Shown here in pieces: positions 54,805 to 64,000 of a DNA stretch of 64,000 nucleotides. Positions within the stretch are counted from its first letter, which is position 1. Every line of letters starts with the position of its first letter. The DNA is taken from the NCBI GenBank assembly GCA_965219415.1, contig OZ244742.1, positions 1,120,001 through 1,184,000 of the forward strand. The letters run 5' to 3'. Below the pieces are notes generated by a model. It was not told the origin of the DNA. It searched no databases and saw only the letters and a program-made list of their open reading frames with translations. The position numbers and the translations under genes are program-made. The DNA comes from Candidatus Marinacidobacterales bacterium. GTDB taxonomy: Bacteria; Acidobacteriota; Vicinamibacteria; Marinacidobacterales; DATDRI01.

Positions 54805-55986
54805 CTAAACCAGCTCCACGGCCAGCGCCACGCCGTTGCCGCCGCCCAAACACAAAGCGGCGACACCGCGCTTGGCGTTGCGATCCTTCAGCGCATAAAG
54901 CAGCGTCGTGAGAACGCGCGCACCGCTCGCACCGATGGGATGGCCGAGGGCCACCGCACCGCCGTTGACATTGACCCTTGCGGGATCGAGCTTCAACTCC
55001 TTCGTCACCGCACACCCTTGGACGGCGAAGGCCTCGTTGAGCTCGATGAGATCGACCTCATCCAACTTCCACCCTGTCTTTTGCATCAGCTTCTGGATGG
55101 CGGGGACCGGCGTCATCATGACCCACTCGGGCTCGAGGCCGGAGATCGCTTGTCCCACGATGCGAGCCATGGGCTTGAGATCCAGCCGTCGCACCTCGTC
55201 CGCCGAGGCGACCAATAGGGCCGCGGCCCCATCATTCATACCCGGGGCGTTGCCGGCGGTAACGGTTCCGTCTGACTTGAAAACCGGCTTCAACTTCCGG
55301 AGCGTCTCGATGGAGCTATCCGGTCGCACCGACTCGTCGTCTTCGAGCAAGACCGCCTTGCCCTTTCGCTGAGGAATCGAGACCGAAAGGATCTCGTCCT
55401 TGAACTTCCCGTCCTTAATCGCCTGCGCCGCTTTCTGATGACTCTTGAGAGCGTACTCGTCCATCTCCCCGCGCCCGACCTCGTACTTCTCCGAGACCAG
55501 CTCGCCGGTCATGCCCATATGGAAATCGTTATAGATGTCCCAGAGTCCATCGTGCACGGTGGCGTCGATGAGCTCCCCGTGCCCGAGCCGCAAGCCCTGG
55601 CGAGCCCCCGGAGACAAATAGGGCCCGTTGGACATGGACTCCATGCCTCCGGCAACAATGACGCCGGCGTCGCCCGCAGCAATCGCCTGCCGGGCCAACA
55701 TGACGGCCTTCAGACCGGAGCCGCACACCTTATTGATGGTCAACGCCCCGACCGCGGGTGGAAGCCCGGCGCCGAGAGCCGCCTGGCGGGCCGGATTTTG
55801 TCCCAACCCGGCTGAAACCACGTTGCCCATAATCACTTCCTCGACTTGCTCTGGCTTGACTCCCGCCCGTGCCGCTGCCTCCTTGACCACCTTCGCACCG
55901 AGCTCGGTGGCCTTGAAGCCTTTGAGAGCGCCGAGAAACTTCCCGATGGGTGTGCGAACTGCGCTAACGATAAAAGAGTCCTGCAT
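54805..55986 (-). CDS. Acetyl-CoA C-acetyltransferase (thiolase)
   Basis: Start [15 protein letters not shown]; [25 protein letters not shown]. Confidence 0.93.
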   Translation of the reverse strand: MQDSFIVSAVRTPIGKFLGALKGFKATELGAKVVKEAAARAGVKPEQVEEVIMGNVVSAGLGQNPARQAALGAGLPPAVGALTINKVCGSGLKAVMLARQAIAAGDAGVIVAGGMESMSNGPYLSPGARQGLRLGHGELIDATVHDGLWDIYNDFHMGMTGELVSEKYEVGRGEMDEYALKSHQKAAQAIKDGKFKDEILSVSIPQRKGKAVLLEDDESVRPDSSIETLRKLKPVFKSDGTVTAGNAPGMNDGAAALLVASADEVRRLDLKPMARIVGQAISGLEPEWVMMTPVPAIQKLMQKTGWKLDEVDLIELNEAFAVQGCAVTKELKLDPARVNVNGGAVALGHPIGASGARVLTTLLYALKDRNAKRGVAALCLGGGNGVALAVELV

Positions 55987-56462
55987 CAATTCTTCTCCTT
56001 GCCGGCCTGAATTTGAGCCGCCAGATAGCGCGTCGCGGTGCGAACCATCGATTCGCGAAGCCCGGAATCGCCGATGCTTTCGGCAGCCTCGATGATCGCG
56101 GACGAGGGCTCGACCGGCTCGGGGGCGAACGTAGACGGCGCCTCTGGCACGGTTTGCGAAATCGGTTTGCCGTCGATCACGAAACGAATCCGTTTGACGG
56201 CGCGGAATCCCATAGCCGCATTCAAGCGCGGGCGAATCTCGTTCTGGAGTTTCATGATCATACGCCCCCAAGCGACATCCTCGACCCGGACGGTCAGAAT
56301 CCCGTCCTGCAAGGAAGCCGGTTCCGAGCGCGCCGCGAGCTCAGAACCCACCGCCGCGGCCCACTTGAGGCCGATGAGCTCGACCGAGAAGACGCGGTCA
56401 CGGCTCTGAGGCGGTAGCGCCCGCCGAATCAGCTCGCCAACGGAACGTGGACGACTCTTCAT
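55986..56462 (-). CDS. dciA: DUF721/DciA-family protein
   Basis: [29 protein letters not shown]. Confidence 0.75.
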   Translation of the reverse strand: MKSRPRSVGELIRRALPPQSRDRVFSVELIGLKWAAAVGSELAARSEPASLQDGILTVRVEDVAWGRMIMKLQNEIRPRLNAAMGFRAVKRIRFVIDGKPISQTVPEAPSTFAPEPVEPSSAIIEAAESIGDSGLRESMVRTATRYLAAQIQAGKEKN

Positions 56463-56653
56463 TACCTCTATTATAAGCATGCCCAACCGAGCCACAGTAT
56501 CTATCGCTCTTGTTCCGGTTTCCTGATATAGTGTGCCCGCTTTCCAGAGGGGGGAGCGCAGGATTGCAGCCCGGAGCCTTGAAATACTTCCCTTTCTCAA
56601 ACCCATCTTGGAACACCATACTTCTCCCCAGTTCTGGAACCTAAGGAGGACTC

Positions 56654-57316
56654 ATGGCACCTGATAAGGCTGACAAGGCAGATAAGAAAGAAATCCCTCC
56701 CGGAAACGGCGTGTCTCGCCGGGACTTCCTAAGGGGCGGCACCGCCGGAGCACTCAGCGCCGGGCTTCTTTCGGGTGGCCTGGCCGAAGCTGCGACGCAG
56801 ACGGAAACCGCCGAGGAAGCTCTCGGCATAGCCGGTCCCGGTGCCATTCCCATGGCCTTCCGCATCAACGGAGACCGGTACACCGCCAACCTGGAGCCGC
56901 GCGTCACGCTCCTCGACGCTCTTCGGAACCATCTGGATCTGACCGGAGCCAAAAAAGTCTGTGACCGGGCGACCTGCGGAGCGTGTACGGTGCTTCTGAA
57001 TGAAAAACCCGTGTACGCCTGCTCGGTCCTGGCCATCGAGGCACAGGGCAAAGAGATTATGACGATCGAAGGACTAGGCACGCCGGATAACATGCACCCG
57101 CTCCAGTCCGCCTTCGTCGAGAACGACGCGCAGCAATGCGGCTTCTGTACCCCGGGCTTCGTCCTAGCATGCAAAGCCTTCATGGACAGAAACAGCGATC
57201 CCACCATGGAGCAGATCGAAAAAAGCCTAGGAGGCAACGTGTGTCGCTGTGGAACCTACGTTGGGATCCGCCAAGCCATCCTAGATGTGGCTGGGAAAGG
57301 AGCGACCAATGGCTGA
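56654..57316 (+). CDS. Mo-hydroxylase [2Fe-2S] subunit with Tat signal
   Basis: SRRDFL, CDRATCGAC, QCGFCTPG, CRCG. Confidence 0.93.
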   Translation: MAPDKADKADKKEIPPGNGVSRRDFLRGGTAGALSAGLLSGGLAEAATQTETAEEALGIAGPGAIPMAFRINGDRYTANLEPRVTLLDALRNHLDLTGAKKVCDRATCGACTVLLNEKPVYACSVLAIEAQGKEIMTIEGLGTPDNMHPLQSAFVENDAQQCGFCTPGFVLACKAFMDRNSDPTMEQIEKSLGGNVCRCGTYVGIRQAILDVAGKGATNG

Positions 57317-59435
57317 GTACAAATGGCCAGAAGCCGAGGATCGATCGCTCATCGGAAAGAGGCTCACCAGGCTGGACGGGCCCCTCAAAACGACCGGAAC
57401 GGCCAAGTATTCCTTCGACGTCAAACGACCCGGCATGCTCTATGCCAAGGTCCTCCGATGCCCGCACGCCCACGCGCGCGTCACCAGCATCGATGTCTCG
57501 CAGGCGAAGGCGATGCCCGGTGTCAAGGCGGTAAGAGTGATTCAAGATGCAGGTGCGGAAGTCCAATGGTCTCTCGATGAGGTCGCCATCGTGGCCGCCA
57601 CCACCGAAGACACCGCTAGAGACGCCGTCGCAGCCATAAAAGTGGAGTATGAAGTGCTGGCGCACTTCGTCAACGAGGAAAACCTGTCGGCCGCGCCGGA
57701 GACGAAACCGGCCCAAGAGGAAACGACGGGCGATCCCGCGACGGCGATGGGGGCCGCGGAAGTCAAGCACAAGGGTAACTACGGCAACGCCATGATCGCT
57801 CACTGCTGCCTCGAATCGCACGGTCAAGTGAGCGAGTGGACCGATGCGGAGCACGTAACGGTCTGGGCCTCGACCCAAAACGTCTCTGGGATACCGGGCC
57901 AGATTGCCGAGAAAGTCGGCATCCCCGCCTCGAACGTACGCTGCATCACGCCGTTCATGGGCGGCGGGTTCGGCAGCAAGTTCAGCCCCGATCGTTGGGG
58001 CATCGAAGGCGTCGAGCTGGCGAGAGAGACCGGCGCCCCGGTGAAGCTGATGCTCGAGCGAAACGCGGAGATCGCGGTGGCGGGAGGCCGACCCTCGGCG
58101 TTTGCAGAAGTCGAAGTCGGAGCCTCCCGAGATGGAAGGGTCACCGCGTGGTCGTCCAAGTCTTGGGGCACCGGCGGCGTGGGAGGCTCGGGCACTCCTC
58201 CGCTTCCCTACATCTTCAAGTTCGAGAACCAATCTCACGAACACACTTCGGTACCCACCAACGTCGGGGGATCCCGGGCGTGGCGGGCACCCAACCATCC
58301 CCAGGGCTGTCTCATCACGATGTCGGCCCTCGAAGACATGGCCGCCAAGCTGGACATGGATCCGCTCGACCTCTTCAAGAAGAACATTTCCACGGCCGGC
58401 GAGAGGGCCTCGGTATACGAAGAGGAGCTAGGGAAAGCGGCCGAGCTGATCGACTGGAAGCGAAACTGGCACCCCCGTGGAGAGGGAAGCGGTCCGGTGC
58501 GAAGAGGCCTGGGCCTTGCGCTTCACACCTGGGGCGGACGAGCGCACCGCAGCAACTGCGAGGTCATCGTCTACCCGGATGGTCTCGTCGAAGCGAAGCT
58601 CGGAAGCCAGGACCTGGGTACGGGGACGATCACGGTGATCTCGATCGTACTGGCCGAGACGTTCGGCATTCCGCTCGAGTGGACGAAGGTCGCTCTCGGC
58701 GACAGCCGGCATCCGGCCTCGGGGCCTTCCGGAGGCAGCACCACCGTGGGCGGCGTGAGCTCGTCGACCCGTCGGGGAGCCATGGACGCACGACAACAAC
58801 TCTTCGAGCGCATCGCCCCACATCTCGAGGCGACCACCGAGGAACTCGAAGCGAAGGACGGATCGGTCCGGGTCAAGGGCGCTCCTCACCGAAGCATGAC
58901 ATGGAAAGAAGCCACGGCTAAGCTCGGCGTCAACCCCATCACCGCATCCGGCAGCAATCCTGGTCCGGGAAAACTCAACGACAGCGGTGTGGGCGGTGTC
59001 CAAATGGCGGATGTCTCGGTAGACATGGAAACCGGCGTGGTGAAGATCAACAAGATGGTGGCGGTTCAAGACTGCGGCCTCATCATCAATATAAAGACCG
59101 CGGAGAGCCAAGTCTACGGCGCGCTCATCATGGGAGTCACTTATGCGCTGACCGAAGAGAAAATCTTCGATCCGGTGACCGGCCGGCTGCTGAACGCCGA
59201 CATGGAGTTCTACAAGCTGGCGGGGATCGGCGACATCGGTGAGCTGGTCGTTCACATGATGACCGGCCCCGGTTACGATGAGCGAGGTGTCATCGGTCTC
59301 GGTGAGCCCCCGGTCATTTCTCCGGGGGCGGCCATCTCGAATGCGGTCGCCAACGCCATCGGCGTCCGCGTTCCGAACCTGCCCTTGACGGCCAATCGAG
59401 TCATTGCCGCCTTGGAAAAAGGGAGGGTGAGCTAA
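57309..59435 (+). CDS. Mo-hydroxylase molybdopterin-binding subunit (xanthine dehydrogenase family)
   Basis: GGGFGSK, WRAP, GSQDLGTG, SGGSTT, GLGEPP. Confidence 0.93.
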   Translation: MAEYKWPEAEDRSLIGKRLTRLDGPLKTTGTAKYSFDVKRPGMLYAKVLRCPHAHARVTSIDVSQAKAMPGVKAVRVIQDAGAEVQWSLDEVAIVAATTEDTARDAVAAIKVEYEVLAHFVNEENLSAAPETKPAQEETTGDPATAMGAAEVKHKGNYGNAMIAHCCLESHGQVSEWTDAEHVTVWASTQNVSGIPGQIAEKVGIPASNVRCITPFMGGGFGSKFSPDRWGIEGVELARETGAPVKLMLERNAEIAVAGGRPSAFAEVEVGASRDGRVTAWSSKSWGTGGVGGSGTPPLPYIFKFENQSHEHTSVPTNVGGSRAWRAPNHPQGCLITMSALEDMAAKLDMDPLDLFKKNISTAGERASVYEEELGKAAELIDWKRNWHPRGEGSGPVRRGLGLALHTWGGRAHRSNCEVIVYPDGLVEAKLGSQDLGTGTITVISIVLAETFGIPLEWTKVALGDSRHPASGPSGGSTTVGGVSSSTRRGAMDARQQLFERIAPHLEATTEELEAKDGSVRVKGAPHRSMTWKEATAKLGVNPITASGSNPGPGKLNDSGVGGVQMADVSVDMETGVVKINKMVAVQDCGLIINIKTAESQVYGALIMGVTYALTEEKIFDPVTGRLLNADMEFYKLAGIGDIGELVVHMMTGPGYDERGVIGLGEPPVISPGAAISNAVANAIGVRVPNLPLTANRVIAALEKGRVS

Positions 59436-60421
59436 TGAACGCCTTCGAATATGCGAGTCCCTCGACCAAGAAGGACGCGGTAAAGATCCTTTCCGAGACA
59501 CCCGACAAAGCGGTGGTGCTGGCCGGCGGCACCGATCTGCTGAGCCTGATGAAGGACAACGTGGCTGCGCCGGAGCGCGTGGTGAGCATCAAGTCGATCG
59601 GCGAGCTCGGTGGAATCAGCTACGACGGTAATCACGGGCTGCGCATCGGAGCGTTGGTCACGTTGGACGAGCTCATCGGGAACGCGAAAGTGCAACAAGA
59701 CTACCCGTCCCTGGTTCACGCGATCGACGGAATCCGAAGCCCACAACTGCAGAGTATGGGCACGGTGGCCGGCGAGCTCTGTCAACGTCCCCGCTGCTGG
59801 TATTACCGGGGCGGCTTTGGACTGCTCGCAAAACACGACGGCAAGTCCATGGTGCTGGAAGGAGACAACCGCTATCACGCCATCCTGGGTAACGCCGGCC
59901 CGGCGTATTTCGTCAGCCCCTCGAGCATGGCGCCGGCGCTCATTGCCCTCGGAGCCTATCTCAAGATCTACGGGCCCAATGGTGAACGCGACCTGCCGCT
60001 CGAGAAGTTCTATCGGGTCCCGAAAGCGGATGGCCAGAAGGAATACAACCTAGCGTCGAACGAAATCGTGACCGACATCCTCGTTCCACCGGTTCAAGGC
60101 CACGCCAACGCAACCTACGAGGTTCGCCAGAAGGAGGCGCTCGATTGGCCGCTCGCCGCGGCCGCGGTGTCACTCGAGATGAAGGGTGGCAAGGTGCGAT
60201 CGGCGCGGGTGGTCCTCGGGCATGTCGCGCCCACACCATGGGCTTCCCCCGCGGCCGAGAAGGCTATCAAGGGTAAGACGCCCGACGAGGCCAACGCCGA
60301 AAAGGCCGGCCAAGCGGCCGTCCAGGGGGCGAAACCGCTCAGCATGAATAGCTATAAGATTCGACTGGCCCGGGTGGCGGTGAAACGAGCCATCCTGCGT
60401 GCCGCCGGGAAGGAGGTTTAA
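59435..60421 (+). CDS. Mo-hydroxylase FAD-binding subunit (PaoB/YagS-like)
   Basis: LAGGTDL, LRIGALVTL, SPQLQSMGTVAG, LGHVAPTPW, NSYKI. Confidence 0.92.
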   Translation: MNAFEYASPSTKKDAVKILSETPDKAVVLAGGTDLLSLMKDNVAAPERVVSIKSIGELGGISYDGNHGLRIGALVTLDELIGNAKVQQDYPSLVHAIDGIRSPQLQSMGTVAGELCQRPRCWYYRGGFGLLAKHDGKSMVLEGDNRYHAILGNAGPAYFVSPSSMAPALIALGAYLKIYGPNGERDLPLEKFYRVPKADGQKEYNLASNEIVTDILVPPVQGHANATYEVRQKEALDWPLAAAAVSLEMKGGKVRSARVVLGHVAPTPWASPAAEKAIKGKTPDEANAEKAGQAAVQGAKPLSMNSYKIRLARVAVKRAILRAAGKEV

Positions 60422-60422
60422 G

Positions 60423-60641
60423 ATGGCTTTGGACTTCGTCCCGACCGCCCGACAATCTCAGGAGTGCCAGCGTCTTCGCTCGAAGGGCATGTTCATCGAA
60501 GTAGAGCCCGATCCGACGGTGACCCACACCAGCGACGGATTCTTCTGGTGTACTCACACCATGAACTGCCTCGGCCCGGACGGGCGTGCGGCGGATCGTG
60601 ACTCCTGCCAACCCGGTCGGAGGTGCTTCGAGCAACGCTAG
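60423..60641 (+). CDS. Cys-rich microprotein (72 aa)
   Basis: RBS AGGAGG; CQRLRSKGMF..FWCTHTMNCLGPDG..CQPGRRCF; starts 1 nt after the FAD-subunit stop. Confidence 0.75.
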   Translation: MALDFVPTARQSQECQRLRSKGMFIEVEPDPTVTHTSDGFFWCTHTMNCLGPDGRAADRDSCQPGRRCFEQR

Positions 60642-60689
60642 ATTTTGCTAAGATAGGTTCAAGTAATCCTGGCTGAAGGGAGTGGCTCA

Positions 60690-61352
60690 ATGAATAAGAC
60701 GTTCTTGGCTTTCGCGCTGGCCGCGCTTTTGGTGCCGGTCGCCGTCAGCGCAAACGGCGGCATTCGCGGCGACTATCTCGAGATCCGGACCTCGGATGTC
60801 TACACCGGACCGTGCTTCGCCAACGCCGAGGTGAATCTGACCGGCCGAGAGGCCGTTATCGCTTGGAAGGTACGAGAGGGTAGCTGGCAGGGCGTGAACC
60901 TCACCGGGCTGACCGTGGTCGCTGTGGTAAAGGCCCAGTCGACCCTGGGCGATCCGTACGAGAATCCTTACCCGGCGCGCTCGGTGATTATCGTCGACGG
61001 GAGGGCTGAGCCGGAGCAAGAGAGGGCGCTTGTCGACTTCGCTCGCACCGCCGGTGGAGAGCTCCTCGCGGACGTCGTCAAAGTCCGCAAGGAGACGATT
61101 GAAACGGACTTCGGCGGCGACAAGGGACATGCGAGTGTCAAAGCCGGCGAGCTCGTCGATCTGAAGACCCGCGCGTTGAACGACAAGGACCACCTTTGTG
61201 GAAACGAAATTGTTTATTACCCGCCGCTGACTGAGGTTTCGAATGCGATCCCGGCGTACACGCTCGCTCATGCCTTCCGGGGCGACGAGCTGAACTCCAC
61301 CTGGAGCTGTCCTCTCAAGAGGAGCGCTTTCGTAGCCGAGTTCTACCGGTAG
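60690..61352 (+). CDS. Secreted DUF1326-like protein
   Basis: Signal peptide, GDYLEIRTSDVYTGPCFANAE, WQGVNLTGL, CGNE..YPPL. Confidence 0.7.
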   Translation: MNKTFLAFALAALLVPVAVSANGGIRGDYLEIRTSDVYTGPCFANAEVNLTGREAVIAWKVREGSWQGVNLTGLTVVAVVKAQSTLGDPYENPYPARSVIIVDGRAEPEQERALVDFARTAGGELLADVVKVRKETIETDFGGDKGHASVKAGELVDLKTRALNDKDHLCGNEIVYYPPLTEVSNAIPAYTLAHAFRGDELNSTWSCPLKRSAFVAEFYR

Positions 61353-61379
61353 ACAGGACGTCTTTAGGAACACCAGTTC

Positions 61380-61409
61380 AGGCTCACCCTTTGGGTGAGC
61401 CTTTTTTTT
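61380..61409 (+). terminator. Intrinsic terminator
   Basis: AGGCTCACCC-TTT-GGGTGAGCCT followed by a T run. Confidence 0.85.
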
Positions 61410-61422
61410 CGAAGAGGAACTC

Positions 61423-62079
61423 ATGCGACTAAACTCTCTCGTCGGCATCATTTTGTTGGCGTCCACCACGACCGCGCTCGCAACCGATCCAAGTCTGGAA
61501 CCCATCGAAGAAGCTCCGCCCGAAGAGGTCTCTGCCGCGGTTCGCGGATCCCTCGGGAGCCAAGGGTTCCGGATCCTATCGGGAGAAAAGGTCGTCATGG
61601 AGCTCTGGTTACGGAGCGAGATCCCGGTTAAACAGGGGGGCGGCAGCGGTAGCCTCGGCGTCAGCTTCGGGAATCTCGAGAAAGGGACGCTGATCGGAGT
61701 GGTTCGCTTCCCGGAGGAGTGGGAGGATTACAAGGACAATGCGATCGGCGCCGGCGTTTATACGTTGAGATACGGCATCCAACCTGCGGACGGCAATCAC
61801 ATGGGAGTCTCACAGTATCGCGACTTTGTTTTGTTGCTGCCGGCGAGCTCGGACACGGAAGTCGCAACCTCGCTCGAGTTCGATGCGTTGGTGATGCAGA
61901 GCTTCGCGTCCACCGGCGAACCACACCCGGGAATCATGGGGCTCTTTCCGCTCTATGAAGACGCTCCGGAGCCCAAGCTGATGCGGAACGAAATGGATCA
62001 ATGGGAGCTAGCCATCGACCGCGGCGTTCTGAAGATGGGCCTCGTCGTCGAAGGCCACGGCGAGCTCGAAGGCTACTGA
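61423..62079 (+). CDS. Secreted hypothetical protein
   Basis: Signal peptide, GVYTLRYGIQPADGNHMGVS..RDF, HP. Confidence 0.75.
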   Translation: MRLNSLVGIILLASTTTALATDPSLEPIEEAPPEEVSAAVRGSLGSQGFRILSGEKVVMELWLRSEIPVKQGGGSGSLGVSFGNLEKGTLIGVVRFPEEWEDYKDNAIGAGVYTLRYGIQPADGNHMGVSQYRDFVLLLPASSDTEVATSLEFDALVMQSFASTGEPHPGIMGLFPLYEDAPEPKLMRNEMDQWELAIDRGVLKMGLVVEGHGELEGY

Positions 62080-62106
62080 ACATACTGAAACGGGCTAGGC
62101 AATCGA

Positions 62107-62690
62107 TGGTCGCAGCCTTAATCCTCGCGGCTGGTGAGTCCCGCCGCATGGGCTCTCCGAAACCCTTGCTGCCTTTCGGCGAGACCACCTTTCTCGGTCA
62201 CCTGCTCGAACAATTTCTCGCCTCCCGAGCGCGTCCGGTGGTGGTCATTCTCGGCCACGAAGCGGATGCGGTTCTCGCCCAAGTGCCGCTTGGGAATGCG
62301 AGGGCGGTCGTGAACCCGGATTACCGGCAAGGCATGCTATCCTCGATCCGTGTGGGGTTGCGCGAGCTTCAGAGCGAGTCGGTTTCGGGCGCGCTCATAT
62401 GCCCCGTCGACCATCCGCAGGTCAGCGCGGCTTTGGTGGATTTGCTCATCGACCGATTCGAAGAAACCGAGGCGCCCATTGTGATTCCCGTACATCACGG
62501 ACGCCGCGGCCACCCGGTGTTTTTTTCTCAAACACTGTTCGAAGAAGTCCAGGAAGCGCCGGATACGGTGGGGGCCCGACGGGTGGTCTGGGACCACGCA
62601 TCCGAAGTACTAGAGATCCCCACCGAGGATCGGGGTATCATCGAGGATATCGACACCCCCGAGCAGTACAAGGATCTCATGGGCTCTTGA
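62107..62690 (+). CDS. mocA: Molybdenum cofactor cytidylyltransferase-like NTP transferase
   Basis: ILAAGESRRMGSPK, NPDYRQGMLSS, GRRGHPV, DIDTP; Mo-hydroxylase context. Confidence 0.8.
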
Positions 62691-62712
62691 CGACAGCCCC
62701 CTAGGAGGACAT

Positions 62713-63485
62713 GTGGCACGCACTCTCGCCGACTTAACCCTCAAGCTGACGCGGGAGCTCTCCACGCTCGAAGCTCGTTGCGCCAAGGAGGTCGAACAAG
62801 TGGAGCTAACGCGCGACGTCGCGCTCGCGAAGATCGGTTCTCTCGAGGGCGCCCTCAAACGCTATGATGCCGAGCTCGCCAAGGCAAAAGAGACGCAACG
62901 GAAGGCGATGCAGAAAGCCAATGAGATCCGCGACAGGGCGATCCGCGCCGCCGAGACAACCCGTCGCCCTAAGATGTCAAAGGGGGAACGCCGCTACCGC
63001 CAAGCGAAGACCGTGGCGCTCCGAGACCGAGACATCGCCTTGAGGAACGCGGAAGCGATCCGCCAGACCGCCCGCCGGAAGACGCGCGGGCGGCCCCTGT
63101 CGCAGCATCGCGCCATTCGAAGGGCCGCCGACCGCGCTTTCGAGCAAGCGGTTCAAAAAGCCCGCGAGATATACCAAACGACCCTCGAGAAGGCACGCTT
63201 TGTTTATCAATCAGCGTCGAGGAAATCCTGGAACAGGAACGACACACCATCGAGGAGGCGACGCGCAAGGCCGACCGCGCGGTATCGAACGGGGCCATTG
63301 CCTACGAGCGGGCCGTGGCCCGCGAAGAGGCCAGGTTGAAGCGTCAAACGAGCAAGAACGGCCATGCCCGCCGTGTTCAGGAGCAGTTCGATCATCGACT
63401 CTCGCAAATCCTGAGGGGCTGCGACCGAAGAAAGGAAGCGCTCTTCAGGAAATTCTCTCAGGACCGCAAGAAACTCAAGGCCTGA
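62713..63485 (+). pseudogene. Basic coiled-coil hypothetical protein, frameshift near 63212
   Basis: RBS AGGAGG; an alternate frame continues VEEILEQERHTIEEA..RKKLKA*. Confidence 0.55.
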
Positions 63486-63506
63486 CGACTTGACGACGAC
63501 CAGGGC

Positions 63507-64000
63507 GTGAAAAACTCCTTCTTGGTCCTGGCCTCGACCTCTCCGCGCCGGAGCTTCTACCTCAAGCAACTCGGCGTCTCGTTCCGGAAAGCCGCTCCCG
63601 ATGTGGACGAGCGTCCCCTCCGCGGTGAAGCGCCGCGCGTCTTCGTCCGGCGCATGGCTCTCGAGAAAGCCCGCGACGTCGCCGAGCGTCGGCCGCGCGA
63701 CTGGGTGCTGGCTGCGGACACGGCTGTCGTCTTGGACGGACACATTTTAGGAAAGCCGAAAGACGAACCACACGCCCGGCGAATGCTGCGAAGACTCTCC
63801 GGTCGCGCACATCAAGTCTTGAGCGGGATGGCGTTGGTGTCACAGTCGGCGGGTCGCGAGCTTTCGAGAGTTTCCCTCACGCGAGTCCGATTGCGAGAGA
63901 TCGGACCGGCCGAGATCCGTTGGTATGTACAAACCGGTGAGCCGGCCGACAAGGCTGGGGCCTATGCAATTCAAGGCAAGGGTGGGATCTTCGTCAAGAG
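63507..64000 (+). CDS. maf: Maf-family nucleotide pyrophosphatase, runs off the right edge
   Basis: Manual translation from GTG 63507: [41 protein letters not shown]. Confidence 0.92.
   Translation, partial: MKNSFLVLASTSPRRSFYLKQLGVSFRKAAPDVDERPLRGEAPRVFVRRMALEKARDVAERRPRDWVLAADTAVVLDGHILGKPKDEPHARRMLRRLSGRAHQVLSGMALVSQSAGRELSRVSLTRVRLREIGPAEIRWYVQTGEPADKAGAYAIQGKGGIFVK

Noticed and set aside
54805-56271. 488-aa thiolase with an N-terminal extension
   Set aside because: The extension overlaps the DUF721 gene; the real start is ATG 55986 after an AGGAG RBS
57180-59501. Long antisense ORFs here and opposite glpK, hydA and the sulfite reductase
   Set aside because: Shadow frames typical of high-GC coding DNA; no recognisable motifs

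Overview
GC-rich bacterial chromosome segment; the gene content suggests Acidobacteriota, but that is inference. The left edge is a large-serine-recombinase/DUF2924 element followed by IS256 and IS3 debris. The middle holds glpK, several peptidases/hydrolases, pilin-like genes, two-component genes, hydA, a diguanylate cyclase and a siroheme/sulfate-assimilation operon (cysH-cysG_N-cobA-sulfite reductase-unknown, with hemD convergent). 40.7-51.8 kb is a decayed island abutting tRNA-Phe, with a tyrosine integrase, an excisionase, three full-length IS256 elements and an integrase+IS91 module. The right end has recA, hbd/thiolase, dciA, a Tat-exported Mo-hydroxylase operon with uncharacterised accessory genes, mocA and maf. 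Many accessory genes are broken by frameshifts, stops or IS, while core operons are intact. Main observations: (1) a promoter, near-leaderless Cys-containing leader ORF and 1:2/2:3/3:4 attenuator ahead of cysH; (2) a UGA-readthrough rhodanese lipoprotein (CxU) with a SECIS-like hairpin; (3) a Mo-hydroxylase whose FAD subunit lacks most [4Fe-4S] ligands and is followed by a Cys-rich microprotein and a DUF1326-like gene; (4) an in-frame ~46-bp micro-inversion inside a serine hydrolase gene.
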